Source: Anaerolineae bacterium
Lineage (GTDB): Bacteria; Chloroflexota; Anaerolineae; JAAEKA01
DNA: 63,664 bases
Reading direction: 5' to 3'
NCBI GenBank assembly: GCA_032111745.1
Contig: JAULUH010000156.1
Span: forward strand, 1-63,664
Shown here: positions 1-8,028 of the stretch, piece by piece
Layout: each line of letters begins with the position of its first letter
Numbering within the stretch: the stretch's first letter is position 1
Position numbers and translations under genes: made by a program
Notes under the pieces: generated by a model
Told to the model about the DNA's origin: nothing
Seen by the model: only the letters and a program-made list of their open reading frames with translations
The model's database searches: none

Positions 1-203
1 TGCTCCACCGCAAACGCCTCGGCCACCGCCGTCGTCCGGTCTGTGCTGCCGTTCTCCACCACCAGCACCTCGGCCTCATAGCCCTGCCCCTGCAGGAACT
101 GGTCGATCTTCTCCAGGGACCCTGGCAGCCGATGCTCCTCGTTGTACGCCGGGATGATGATGGACAGCAGCGGCGTGGATGTTGGACCCTGATTGGACGT
201 CAT
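1..203 (-). CDS. Glycosyltransferase family 2, N-terminal part (CDS runs off left edge)
   Basis: Reverse translation from ATG at 203..201 gives MTSNQGPTSTPLLSIIIPAYNEEHRLPGSLEKIDQFLQGQGYEAEVLVVENGSTDRT..., the canonical GT2 N-terminal signature (IIIPAYNE ... ENGSTD). It is absent from the ORF track because the window edge truncates it. Confidence 0.75.
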   Translation of the reverse strand, partial: MTSNQGPTSTPLLSIIIPAYNEEHRLPGSLEKIDQFLQGQGYEAEVLVVENGSTDRTTAVAEAFAVE

Positions 204-327
204 AACCGGAGGATTATAAGCCCCAGAGAGCATTCCACAAAACCACGAAACGCCTCACGGAAGACCTGCTTCCGAACCTTTGGTGCCGCTAGGCGCCCTG
301 CAGCGCCCGCTACAGGAGATCGCTGGG

Positions 328-762
328 TCATCGCCCTCGTAGGCTTCTGTATAGCGGATGCATGACCTGGATAATCTCAGCCAGCCGGCGGGCGACCTGG
401 TCGAGATAGCCGGCGTCGTACGGCAAGAGGGGGATGGTATCGTACACCTTGGTCCAGCCCCGGTCCCACGGCTCGGCCTCAACCCCCTCACCCAGCTCGT
501 GCTTGAGCTCCAGCAGGTGGCCAGCGAAGCCCCGGAGCAGGCCCTGGTTGTCGGCGGCGCTGCGGCTCTCGAAGTGTAGCCCCAACTCGAGGCGGTCGCC
601 CAGCCGCGGGGGCACCCGGGACACCTCGTAGTGGAAGCGCGAATCGTCGTCATACAACTGGACGCCCCAGGGCCATACCCGGCCGCGCTGTAGGAGGGGC
701 CCCTCCGGCAGGTGGCGGCGCACGGCGTCGGGCACCGCGGCCATAAACTCACTGCTTCTCAT
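328..762 (-). CDS. Hypothetical protein (no family recognised)
   Basis: C-terminal 144 codons of track ORF 328..1263, starting at MRSSEFMAAVPD. The composition is protein-like. The upstream 166 codons of the track ORF are an out-of-frame overlap with the HD gene and look like a high-GC artefact. The start lies 33 nt after the HD-gene stop. Confidence 0.55.
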   Translation of the reverse strand: MRSSEFMAAVPDAVRRHLPEGPLLQRGRVWPWGVQLYDDDSRFHYEVSRVPPRLGDRLELGLHFESRSAADNQGLLRGFAGHLLELKHELGEGVEAEPWDRGWTKVYDTIPLLPYDAGYLDQVARRLAEIIQVMHPLYRSLRGR

Positions 763-794
763 TCGCCGTCTATACCAGGTTCGACATCCAGGGC

Positions 795-1400
795 CTACCC
801 AGGGGGATCCTGGGTACCGCTCGAGCCATCCAATCCCAGGTCGCCGGCCACACCCTGTAGCGCGGCCAGCACGAACCCGATGTGCTCGTCCAGGTCCTCG
901 CCCAGCTCGGCGGTAAATTCCTCGATCTCGTGGCGGTTGATGGCCGCGGCAAAGGCCTTGTCCTTCCACTTCTTGCGCACCGACCTCACGGTGACATCGC
1001 GCAGGTCCCGGCTGGGCCGGACGTAGCCCACGGCCATGATTAGCCCCGTGAGCTCGTCCACGGCCACCAGGGCACTGTCCAGGCGGGTAGTGCGCGGGAT
1101 GCCCAGGTAGGGCGCGTGGCCCTCCACGGCGTGGATCAGCTCCAGGGGGTAATCCAGCTGGCGGAACAGCCGCAGCCCGGTGCGGGGGTGGCCGTCGACG
1201 GGGTCGTCCATGTCGGGGAAGCGCTCGAAGTCCAGGTCGTGCAGCAGCCCGGTGATGCCCCACAGCGCCTCATCCTCGCCGTATATACGAGCATAGGCGC
1301 GCAGAGACGCCTCCACGGCCAGCACATGCTTGCGCAGGCTGTCGGACTGGATCCACTGGCAGAGCAGGTCCCAGGCTTCGTCACGGGTAGGCAGCGGCAC
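795..1400 (-). CDS. HD-domain metal-dependent phosphohydrolase
   Basis: 201-aa ORF with H...HD motif (LRKHVLAVEASL ... GLLHDLDFERF) and a later HAVEGH motif, typical of small HD/HDIG hydrolases. Confidence 0.8.
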   Translation of the reverse strand: MPLPTRDEAWDLLCQWIQSDSLRKHVLAVEASLRAYARIYGEDEALWGITGLLHDLDFERFPDMDDPVDGHPRTGLRLFRQLDYPLELIHAVEGHAPYLGIPRTTRLDSALVAVDELTGLIMAVGYVRPSRDLRDVTVRSVRKKWKDKAFAAAINRHEIEEFTAELGEDLDEHIGFVLAALQGVAGDLGLDGSSGTQDPPG

Positions 1401-1700
1401 AGGCTCATCGTCCTCCTGCAGTGGGATGTGGGTCGGCCGCCGCTATTCTAACACGGATAGGCTGAGAGAACAAGAGAATTGACGATCTGTTCTACCTGCT
1501 GGGCCGAAAAAGGGGGTGGCGACCGCCAGTGTGACGGTGCCGCACCGCCTCAGGTTCTGCTCGACTGTAGGTATGCACCCAACTCAACATGGTATCGTCC
1601 GTGTGCCCTGTGTCCTTTGGCCACTGCGGCGCATTTCTCTGACGAGCAGCACAAGGCCAACGGCCAAAACGATCAGAGGCCGGGGGAGCCCCTTCATGTA

Positions 1701-2753
1701 TCAGCCCTTTGCGCGCAGCACCAGGACTACCATGGCCGCGATGACCAGCAGGGCGGCTACCAGCGAGCCGATGGCGATAATCGCCAGTAGCCCGCCCCGG
1801 CTGAGGCCGTCCTGCGTCGTCGGGCCACGGGTGGGACGCGGCACGCGCAGGGGTGGCTCAGAGCGGGGTTCTGAAGTCGCTGTAGGCGCTACCAGCGCCA
1901 GGGTATCGGGGGTGGGCGTTGAGGTGGTCGCCTGAGCAGCCGGCTCGACGCCAGGTGCGGTAGGCTCAACCGCTGCCTGGAGCTGGGCAGGTGGGGATGG
2001 TGACGTGGCAGGTTCCGGCTGGGGCAGCGCACTGCCTGGCAAGGGATTGGTAGCTGACGGCGTGGTTGACAGTGGCAAGGTGGCCACTACTGGGGCCGAG
2101 GTAGGCGTGCCCGCGGTGGGAGGAGTGGGCGACGGCGCTGCCGGGATCGGCGTAGCCGGCACGAGCGTGCTGGTGGCGGGAACCGCGGTCGGCAGCGGTG
2201 TGTTGGTGGACGCCTGCACAGCCGACGTGGGCGACGGATTGACTGCAGGCGTCTGGGCCGGCTGCTGCGTGGGGGTGGACGTGGGCACGACCACCACCGG
2301 AGCGACAGTAGCCGTGGCGGTGGCCGTGGATGTTGGCGGAGTCTCCGCTGCCACTCTGAGGTTGAGTTCTGTCACGACTCCAGCTTGATACGCATAGCTG
2401 TCCTGCCATTCGCCGCCAGGCACGGCGACCTGAGCCTTCACGCCGTCAACAAAGAACTCGATGGGGGCATTGGTCTGGATACTGCCCTGGACCCCTAGCT
2501 TTGGCTCAGCGATGGTGCGTCCACCGTAGCGGCCGGCCACTGTCACTTGAATGGGATTGCCCTGGATGCCGACCTTGACCCCGGCGCCTCGTGCCTCTAC
2601 CTGGGCGCCGACTGGCGCCGGACTGCCGTTCACTTCGGCAGTGCCGTAGAAGGCCTGGGGTGGCTCGGGAACTTGCGCAATCGCCGGAGTCGCAGTGAAG
2701 GTCGCAGCCAAGACCGCGCCGAAGATCAGCAATATGGTGGTGCACCTGTTCAT
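1701..2753 (-). CDS. Secreted Pro/Thr-rich surface protein with C-terminal membrane anchor
   Basis: Start moved to ATG MNRCTTILLIFGAVLAATFTATPAIAQ (signal peptide), because the track GTG start at 2774 lies in the U-tract of the upstream terminator. Architecture: ~110-aa N-terminal 'FYG' domain, long P/T/A-rich linker, then C-terminal GGLLAIIAIGSLVAALLVIAAMVVLVLRAKG (TM helix plus basic tail). Confidence 0.7.
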   Translation of the reverse strand: MNRCTTILLIFGAVLAATFTATPAIAQVPEPPQAFYGTAEVNGSPAPVGAQVEARGAGVKVGIQGNPIQVTVAGRYGGRTIAEPKLGVQGSIQTNAPIEFFVDGVKAQVAVPGGEWQDSYAYQAGVVTELNLRVAAETPPTSTATATATVAPVVVVPTSTPTQQPAQTPAVNPSPTSAVQASTNTPLPTAVPATSTLVPATPIPAAPSPTPPTAGTPTSAPVVATLPLSTTPSATNPLPGSALPQPEPATSPSPPAQLQAAVEPTAPGVEPAAQATTSTPTPDTLALVAPTATSEPRSEPPLRVPRPTRGPTTQDGLSRGGLLAIIAIGSLVAALLVIAAMVVLVLRAKG

Positions 2754-2781
2754 GGGGTTGCCGGTGAGGAGCACAAAAGGA

Positions 2782-2810
2782 AAGCAGGGGGTTACCCAGA
2801 CCCCCTGCTT
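2782..2810 (-). terminator. Intrinsic terminator after CDS 2819..3766
   Basis: Perfect 10-11 bp GC-rich stem (aagcaggggg / ccccctgctt). On the minus strand it is followed by TCCTTTTGTGC (U-rich), 9 nt after the stop codon. Confidence 0.7.
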
Positions 2811-2818
2811 CTCGTGTA

Positions 2819-3766
2819 TCAGTATACTTCGATGAGAGTGAGGTACTTCAGGTAGATTACCTTGCTGAACGTCACCTCGATGGTGTGGTTGGCCGTGACG
2901 TTGGGGAAGGTGTAGCTTGTGATCGGGCCCTGCGAGACGCCATCTACTTTCACGTCGGCGACGGCGTAGCCGGTGCTAGGCGTGATGGTGAAGGTCTGGT
3001 CCGCGCCGTACTCCACACTGACCGCACCCGACGGGGATATGCTCCCGCCTGGCCCTGCCGTTGCCGTGATCGTGTAGAAGATCCTCGCGAAGGTGGCCTC
3101 GATGGTGTGATTGGCCGTGACGTTGGGGAAGGTGTAGCTTGGGATCGGGCCCTGCGAGACGCCATCTACTTTCACGTCGGCAATGACGTAGCCGGTGCCA
3201 GGTGTGATGGTGAAGGTCTGGTCCGCGCCGCAAGCCACGTTGACTGAGCCCGATGGAGATATGCTCCCGCCCGGCCCAGCCGATGCCGTGATCGTGCTGC
3301 CGACTACAATCATCAGGTCCAGGTTGGTACTTCCGGCGTCCTTGAAGGGATAGGTGTCTGACCATGTCCCCGTAGCTACATCATACAGCCGCGCCCACAC
3401 ACCGCCCACGTAGAACGCGATGGGCTCACCCGGTACGGCGCCGCTGCCCGCAGGGTCCGAGCCGCGCCCGGGAACGTAGAAGGCGGAATCATAACCGTAC
3501 CTGCTCAAGGAGTCCACGGTGGTAGTGGCCTCGCCGGTCCAGCCCGGCTCGGTCGACCGCGCCGTGACCAGCGTGCCAGCCGGCAGCGTCCTGCCGCAGT
3601 CCGTGCGCACGTTGCCATAGAACCAGTGCGGGCGGCCGGGAATCTCTGGACCCACGGCCTCCGATGACCATGCCGACGCAACCGTTGCCAGCACGAGCAT
3701 CAACACGACGGCCACTACCAGGGTCAGCCCCAGTTTCCTAGTAAGTGCAGCATCCAACCGTCTCAT
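2819..3766 (-). CDS. Secreted protein: N-terminal 'FYG' domain plus two tandem Ig-like (divergent InlB B-repeat-like) modules
   Basis: AAGGAG SD before ATG and a signal-anchor LTLVVAVVLMLVLATVASA. Two ~75-aa repeats: TITA(S/T)AGPGGSISPSG..V..GADQTFTITP.TGY..ADVKVDGVSQGPI.SYTFPNVTANHTIE.TF. Confidence 0.8.
   Translation of the reverse strand: MRRLDAALTRKLGLTLVVAVVLMLVLATVASAWSSEAVGPEIPGRPHWFYGNVRTDCGRTLPAGTLVTARSTEPGWTGEATTTVDSLSRYGYDSAFYVPGRGSDPAGSGAVPGEPIAFYVGGVWARLYDVATGTWSDTYPFKDAGSTNLDLMIVVGSTITASAGPGGSISPSGSVNVACGADQTFTITPGTGYVIADVKVDGVSQGPIPSYTFPNVTANHTIEATFARIFYTITATAGPGGSISPSGAVSVEYGADQTFTITPSTGYAVADVKVDGVSQGPITSYTFPNVTANHTIEVTFSKVIYLKYLTLIEVY
2867..3298 (-). repeat. Tandem in-frame coding repeat, 2 copies, period 225 nt
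   Basis: Residues ~157-226 and ~232-300 of CDS 2819..3766 are near-identical. The DNA is also visibly repeated (e.g. gtgattggccgtgacgttggggaaggtgtagcttg occurs twice). Confidence 0.85.
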
Positions 3767-3867
3767 CGATTCATCTCCTTACAAGGTCGAAAAGGCCCTG
3801 CGTTGCCTTCTCGGTGAGACTGTAGCGTTCACCCATTCAATGGATGACTGCCATGTGCTTACCGCAG

Positions 3868-3899
3868 AACTGGCAGGAGCCCACCGGCTCCTGCCAGTT
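3868..3899 (-). terminator. Hairpin (putative terminator) after CDS 3953..5287
   Basis: Perfect 14-bp stem aactggcaggagcc / ggctcctgccagtt with a 4-nt loop, ~55 nt downstream of the stop. There is no clear U-tract. Confidence 0.5.
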
Positions 3900-3952
3900 C
3901 CCAGACAACCTCGGTATTCAAGTCCTAATCGAGATCGTCAAGTGAACCGACC

Positions 3953-5287
3953 TTACGGGTTGATGGTCCCGTCCTCGGAAACTGCCAACCAGTAGCCGGC
4001 ACCCGGGACCATCGAGGACCAATCGTACACCTGAACCCACACCTCGCTCCAGGCGTCGTAGCGCCAGAACGATTCGACCGACTGATAGAGGGGGAAACCG
4101 AGATAGTCGAACGCGCTGTTGCAGCACCACCAGGTTGGCTCACCCCACTGGGTGTAGCCGATGAGATTCCAATCCTCGTACACGCGGTACGTAGGCGGCA
4201 TCCCCTCGCTCCAGGTGCCGACGAAGGTCAGGTCTTCCGCTGCTGCCATCTCGATCCAGTAACCCTTGCCATCTTCGATCTTGGTCAAGGTATCCCCTGG
4301 AGCACCCGCGGGCGCAGTCCACTTGTGCCAGGTGCCGCTCGGGCGATCGTACGTCAGTACCTGCTTCACACTATTGTGTGCGATAAGGTGAAGCAGGACG
4401 TCCTCGATGTCTTCGTCGTAGAGCACCAGCGGCGTCGAGATCAGGTTCCAGCCCGGCCGCAGGCTGGTGGTGTAGCGGTTCTGCACATAGACCAGATTCC
4501 AGTCACATGCCGTGAGGCCGACAAGGTTTGTGGCGCAGATGCGAACATAACCCTCGTCGTCCGGCACCTGGCTCGTATCCCAGCGGGCCTCATACTGGTG
4601 CGGAATGCCAGGGGTCGGCACGCCGTCCGCAATCCAGACCCAGTCCTCATCGGTAAGCCCGCACCAGCCTTCCGGAGCCCGCCAGTTGCTGAGGACGCAG
4701 TACTCGAACACGACCGACACGATATCGGTGCCGTCGAAGGCCCAGTCATCCTCGGCTGTGCCAACCATCAAGTAGTCCTGGCCCGTCACCCAGGCTCCAT
4801 AAGCTGGCTTGACCAGCTCGACCCACGGAGAGGTGTCGTCAACAAGCACTGCGCTCGAGACCTTGTCGCAGAAAAGCGGCGGCATGTCCCAGTCATAGTC
4901 CATGACGCAGACTACGATGTCGTACCAACCGCTCGCCAACCACCACGGAACGTAGATCGAGGAAGTGAGATCGTTGGGTCCCGTGCCCAGTGTGGGAGCG
5001 TCAACGATCTCTTGGACTTCCGATATCACAGAGTTGTACTTGTCCTGCAACCGTACACGGACCCACACGTCGTCCACCTGGGTGCCCACGATAGCGACAG
5101 TGTAGCCAACCTCGAGGCTACTGTCCGGTTGGACAAATGCTGGGTCGTCGGCAGTCGGCGACGTGATCACGACCCCATGCACCCATTCCGGGGCAGCAAC
5201 CGCAACCGGAGCCAGCATGGCCAGCATGATGAACACCGTGAGCGCTAAGGTTAGCAGGGGACGAGTTGACCTGTGAGAACGAGACAT
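3953..5287 (-). CDS. Secreted Trp/Asp-rich hypothetical protein
   Basis: AAGGAGG SD 5 nt before ATG and a signal peptide LLTLALTVFIMLAMLAPVAVAAPEW. 444 aa with many W residues (PWWLASGWYD, DYDWDMPP, EPTWWCCN). No family recognised. Confidence 0.75.
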   Translation of the reverse strand: MSRSHRSTRPLLTLALTVFIMLAMLAPVAVAAPEWVHGVVITSPTADDPAFVQPDSSLEVGYTVAIVGTQVDDVWVRVRLQDKYNSVISEVQEIVDAPTLGTGPNDLTSSIYVPWWLASGWYDIVVCVMDYDWDMPPLFCDKVSSAVLVDDTSPWVELVKPAYGAWVTGQDYLMVGTAEDDWAFDGTDIVSVVFEYCVLSNWRAPEGWCGLTDEDWVWIADGVPTPGIPHQYEARWDTSQVPDDEGYVRICATNLVGLTACDWNLVYVQNRYTTSLRPGWNLISTPLVLYDEDIEDVLLHLIAHNSVKQVLTYDRPSGTWHKWTAPAGAPGDTLTKIEDGKGYWIEMAAAEDLTFVGTWSEGMPPTYRVYEDWNLIGYTQWGEPTWWCCNSAFDYLGFPLYQSVESFWRYDAWSEVWVQVYDWSSMVPGAGYWLAVSEDGTINP

Positions 5288-5308
5288 TTGATCCTCCTTG
5301 ACTGATTG

Positions 5309-5959
5309 TCATGACAATGATCCCGCTGGCTTCAATACCGGCCTGCGGTGGACCCACATCTGAAACCGTGCATCAACGATACGCCTGTAGCCTTCAGCCA
5401 AATCACCTCCTCTCGGATAATTGCACTGTTGATAAAGGTACCCGACACCGCGGATGGTGCGGATTAAGCGTGGCTGACTGGAATTGAGTTCCGCCTTCCG
5501 GCGCAGCCGTGGATTAGATGAGTCGCCGCGCTCCACACAGACTACGAATGGATCATAACACACGAGGCCCCGCCTGTCAAGCATTTGTACAGGGCTTCGC
5601 AAAAGTCGCAGACCATCATGATCGACCAACGCTCAAGTAGTTTCGCAGGTAACCGATCAGACATAAGACCAGCCTTCGCATACCATTTGCGCAGCTTCTC
5701 GGCGCTAGTCCGAGGTCTGAATGCTGCAGAAGGCTCATCCTTCAGGACTCTTGAGAAGCCCTATCAGGTGCGTCACCACGCTCCGCACTGACGCTCCCTC
5801 TACTGGCACCCCGGTGATCGCACTGCCGAGGTCCTCCATCGCCAGGACCTGACCGGCCCGCACCACCATGGCCGAAAATACTACAACCTCTCCGGGGGTC
5901 AACCATTGGGCGTGTTCACATCGCACGCGCCGGTTGAACCAGAGCGGCGAAACGTTCAA
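5309..5959 (-). pseudogene. Decayed OmpR/PhoB-type winged-helix (Trans_reg_C) regulator, two non-contiguous remnants
   Basis: ORF 5735..5959 reads LTPGEVVVFSAMVVRAGQVLAMEDL...SVRSVVTHLIGLLK (helix-turn-helix part). ORF 5309..5629 reads NPRLRRKAELNSSQPRLIRTIRGVGYLY (recognition-helix end plus wing). They are in different frames, no receiver domain is present, and no intact ORF joins them. Confidence 0.35.
5552..5580 (-). promoter_or_regulatory. Sigma70-type promoter, TTGACA-17-TATGAT, reading toward CDS 3953..5287
   Basis: Minus strand reads TTGACAggcggggcctcgtgtgtTATGAT. The -35 is perfect, the spacer is 17 nt and the -10 matches 5/6. This implies a ~255-nt leader. Confidence 0.55.
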
Positions 5960-6264
5960 GAGGATCGAACCAATAATAGTATATCACAACAATGGACAGA
6001 GCAATATGATCTGCGTCATATTTTTGCGGCAATGTGGCGTTGTCAGCCCATTCGCTGTCCTGTTGCCAATACCCTAGGCAGTGCTCACACCAAGATACTC
6101 ACGTGAATTACCGACAACGGTGCCATCAATCTCATTCGCCGAGCCGGCTATCGTTACATCCCGGGTGCCAAGCGCTTTCTGTCAGCAAGACCCGACCGGA
6201 GCCCTGCCCTTCTGTATGCCCCGTAATCGTCAGAGAACTGAGAACCCTACCCCTGACCCCTGTA

Positions 6265-6293
6265 TTGACACCCAGAACACTTGTTCGTATAAT
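6265..6293 (+). promoter_or_regulatory. Consensus sigma70-type promoter TTGACA-17-TATAAT
   Basis: TTGACAcccagaacacttgttcgTATAAT. It is followed by AGGAG and the ATG at 6312, giving a very short leader. Confidence 0.7.
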
Positions 6294-6311
6294 AGAATCA
6301 GGAGCCGTTCC

Positions 6312-7493
6312 ATGCACATCCAGCGTACCCTCGACCTGCATGAAAAAGTTGGCCTGCTGGGCCAGCAGGCCCAATATGACCTGTGCGAGGTGGCCGGCCA
6401 GCCTACGCCGGTACCGGGCGCGGCCCCAGGGAGCCGGGTGCCGGACGTGAGCGATTCCGTGGCCACCGTGATCGGTAAGGGTGGGCGTCGGGTGCCCCTG
6501 CTGCGCATCATGCAGACCAGCGCCTGCGAGAAGAACTGCTACTACTGCCCATTCCGCGCCGGCCGCTCGCTGCGCCGGGCCACGCTGCAGCCCGAGGAAC
6601 TGGCGGCGGCCTTCGACCAGATGCAGCGCCGCGGCCTGGTGGAGGGACTCTTCCTGAGCTCCGGCATCATCGGCACCGCCCGCACCATGGATCGCATGCT
6701 GGCTACCGTGGAGCTGGTGCGCCAGAAGTACCAGTGGCGCGGCTACATCCACCTCAAGATCATGCCCAACGTCGAGGAGGCCCAGATCGAGGCCGCGGTG
6801 CGGCTGGCGGACCGGGTGTCGGTGAACCTGGAGGCGCCCAACGAGCAGCGGCTGGCTGCGCTGGCCCCCAAGAAGGAGTTCGCCCACGGCCTGGTAGAGC
6901 CGCTGCAGCGGGCCTGGGCCGTGGTACGCCGCCTGCGCCACGCCGGCTATCACGTGGCCGGCGCCGGGGCCAGCACCCAGTTCGTGGTAGGACCGGCCGG
7001 CGAGAGCGACCAGGAGCTGTTGGCCACCAGCCAGATGCTGTACCACCGGATGGGCGTGCGCCGGGCCTATTACTCGGCCTTCAACCCCATCTCCGACACG
7101 CCGCTGGAGGGCGCCGCGGCCACCCCGCCCCTGCGAGAGCACCGCCTCTACCAGGCCGACTTCATGCTGCGCCAGTACGGCTTCGACGTCGCCGAGCTGC
7201 CCTTCGACGCCGCGGGCAACCTGGCCGCGGACCGGGACCCTAAGGTGGCCTGGGCACAGGCCCATCCTGAGGCCTTCCCGGTGGAGGTAAATCAGGCCCC
7301 CCAGGCCATGCTGCTGCGGGTGCCGGGCATCGGCCCGCTGGGCGCGGCGAGCATCGTACGCGCTCGCCGCCAGGGCAGGCTGGCGTCCCTGTCTGACCTG
7401 CAGAAGCTGGGCGTGCGCGCCAGCCACGCCGCACCCTACATCCTCCTCGACGGCCGGCGGCCGGCGTACCAACTCAGTCTCTTCGCCACGTAG
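6312..7493 (+). CDS. Putative DNA modification/repair radical SAM protein (HhH-containing family)
   Basis: Start set at MHIQRTLDLHEKVGLLGQQAQYDLCEVAG, matching the usual N-terminus of this family, with an AGGAG SD. It has the radical SAM cluster CEKNCYYC and a C-terminal helix-hairpin-helix LLRVPGIGPLGAASIV. The upstream 77 codons of the track ORF overlap the promoter. Confidence 0.85.
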   Translation: MHIQRTLDLHEKVGLLGQQAQYDLCEVAGQPTPVPGAAPGSRVPDVSDSVATVIGKGGRRVPLLRIMQTSACEKNCYYCPFRAGRSLRRATLQPEELAAAFDQMQRRGLVEGLFLSSGIIGTARTMDRMLATVELVRQKYQWRGYIHLKIMPNVEEAQIEAAVRLADRVSVNLEAPNEQRLAALAPKKEFAHGLVEPLQRAWAVVRRLRHAGYHVAGAGASTQFVVGPAGESDQELLATSQMLYHRMGVRRAYYSAFNPISDTPLEGAAATPPLREHRLYQADFMLRQYGFDVAELPFDAAGNLAADRDPKVAWAQAHPEAFPVEVNQAPQAMLLRVPGIGPLGAASIVRARRQGRLASLSDLQKLGVRASHAAPYILLDGRRPAYQLSLFAT

Positions 7494-7565
7494 GAGTCAC
7501 AAAGGCGTGTGAAGGCCTACACTCTCATCTAAATCTCGCGTCCGAAGTCAGGCACGAAGAAGCAC

Positions 7566-7594
7566 TTGACAATATTAAAGGTTTATGGTAAACT
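7566..7594 (+). promoter_or_regulatory. Sigma70-type promoter TTGACA-17-TAAACT
   Basis: TTGACAatattaaaggtttatggTAAACT in a locally AT-rich patch. It is the only plausible promoter upstream of the giant CDS. Confidence 0.6.
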
Positions 7595-8028
7595 AGTGAC
7601 ATCAGCAACGAGCCAGTGATCTGGCAAGGGCCAGAGTACGCTGACTCCTGGTATCGGAGATGTCCTATCTACAGGGCATCGCCAGTATTGTGTGAATGAT
7701 CAGTTCATCGTGGCTGCACTGCGTCGATGCTGAAGGAACTGAGCATGGCACGGCCGAGACGAGGGCATACTGCAAGCCCTCTTCCCCTCGAATGCTCCGC
7801 AGGTATCTGGTCCGCAGGGGATGCCTCTTGCAGAGGGCATAGCATCGCGGCGAACGCCTACCTCCCTTCCACCGTTGGTCATGGAGCCGGGAGCTGGCCA
7901 TTGCCGGCAATGGTGGCCCGAGATTGTCGCAAGACCCGACTGATGCGCACCACGCAAGCTGATCCCCCTGGCCGGTCAGGCCATTTCATGAGAACAGCGT
8001 TATAGGGTCATTGACCAGAGGAGGAGTC
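7595..8028 (+). promoter_or_regulatory. Long (~430 nt) 5' leader of the giant CDS; possible cis-regulatory RNA or uORF
   Basis: No convincing CDS lies between the promoter and the GGAGGAG-ATG at 8029. Several local hairpins occur (e.g. gagggc-N9-gccctc). No riboswitch class was recognised by eye. Confidence 0.3.

Noticed and set aside
770-795. tRNA-like GGTTCGA T-loop motif
   Set aside because: This is an isolated heptamer in a 32-nt intergenic spacer with no acceptor or anticodon stems around it. No tRNA, rRNA, tmRNA or RNase P signatures were seen in any intergenic gap.
763-1263. N-terminal 166 codons of track ORF 328..1263
   Set aside because: This part overlaps the HD-domain gene out of frame and is Pro/Arg/Gly-rich. 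Only the distal part (328..762) looks like a real protein.
1584-1697. 37-codon ORF (MKGLPRPLIVLAVGLVLLVREMRR...) starting 3 nt after the stop of CDS 1701..2753
   Set aside because: It has a single hydrophobic stretch and only a weak AAGGG SD. It is too short, with no supporting conservation evidence available here.
2867-3298. Possible CRISPR-like or satellite repeat
   Set aside because: The repeat has a 225-nt period with two copies, is in frame inside a CDS and has no spacer structure. It is a duplicated protein module.
6132-7472. 446-aa minus-strand ORF
   Set aside because: It is an antisense shadow of the well-supported radical SAM gene 6312..7493. It is Arg/Gly/Ala/Leu-rich and low-complexity, with no SD. 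Such shadows are typical of high-GC DNA.
7595-8028. c-di-GMP or cobalamin riboswitch in the long leader; 86-codon uORF at 7745..8005
   Set aside because: By eye I found no GEMM-type core and no B12 box (GCCACTG-like), only loose resemblances such as ACGCAAGC. The uORF has an SD but an implausible Arg/Gly/Ser/Pro-rich sequence. Both remain open questions in the findings, not calls.
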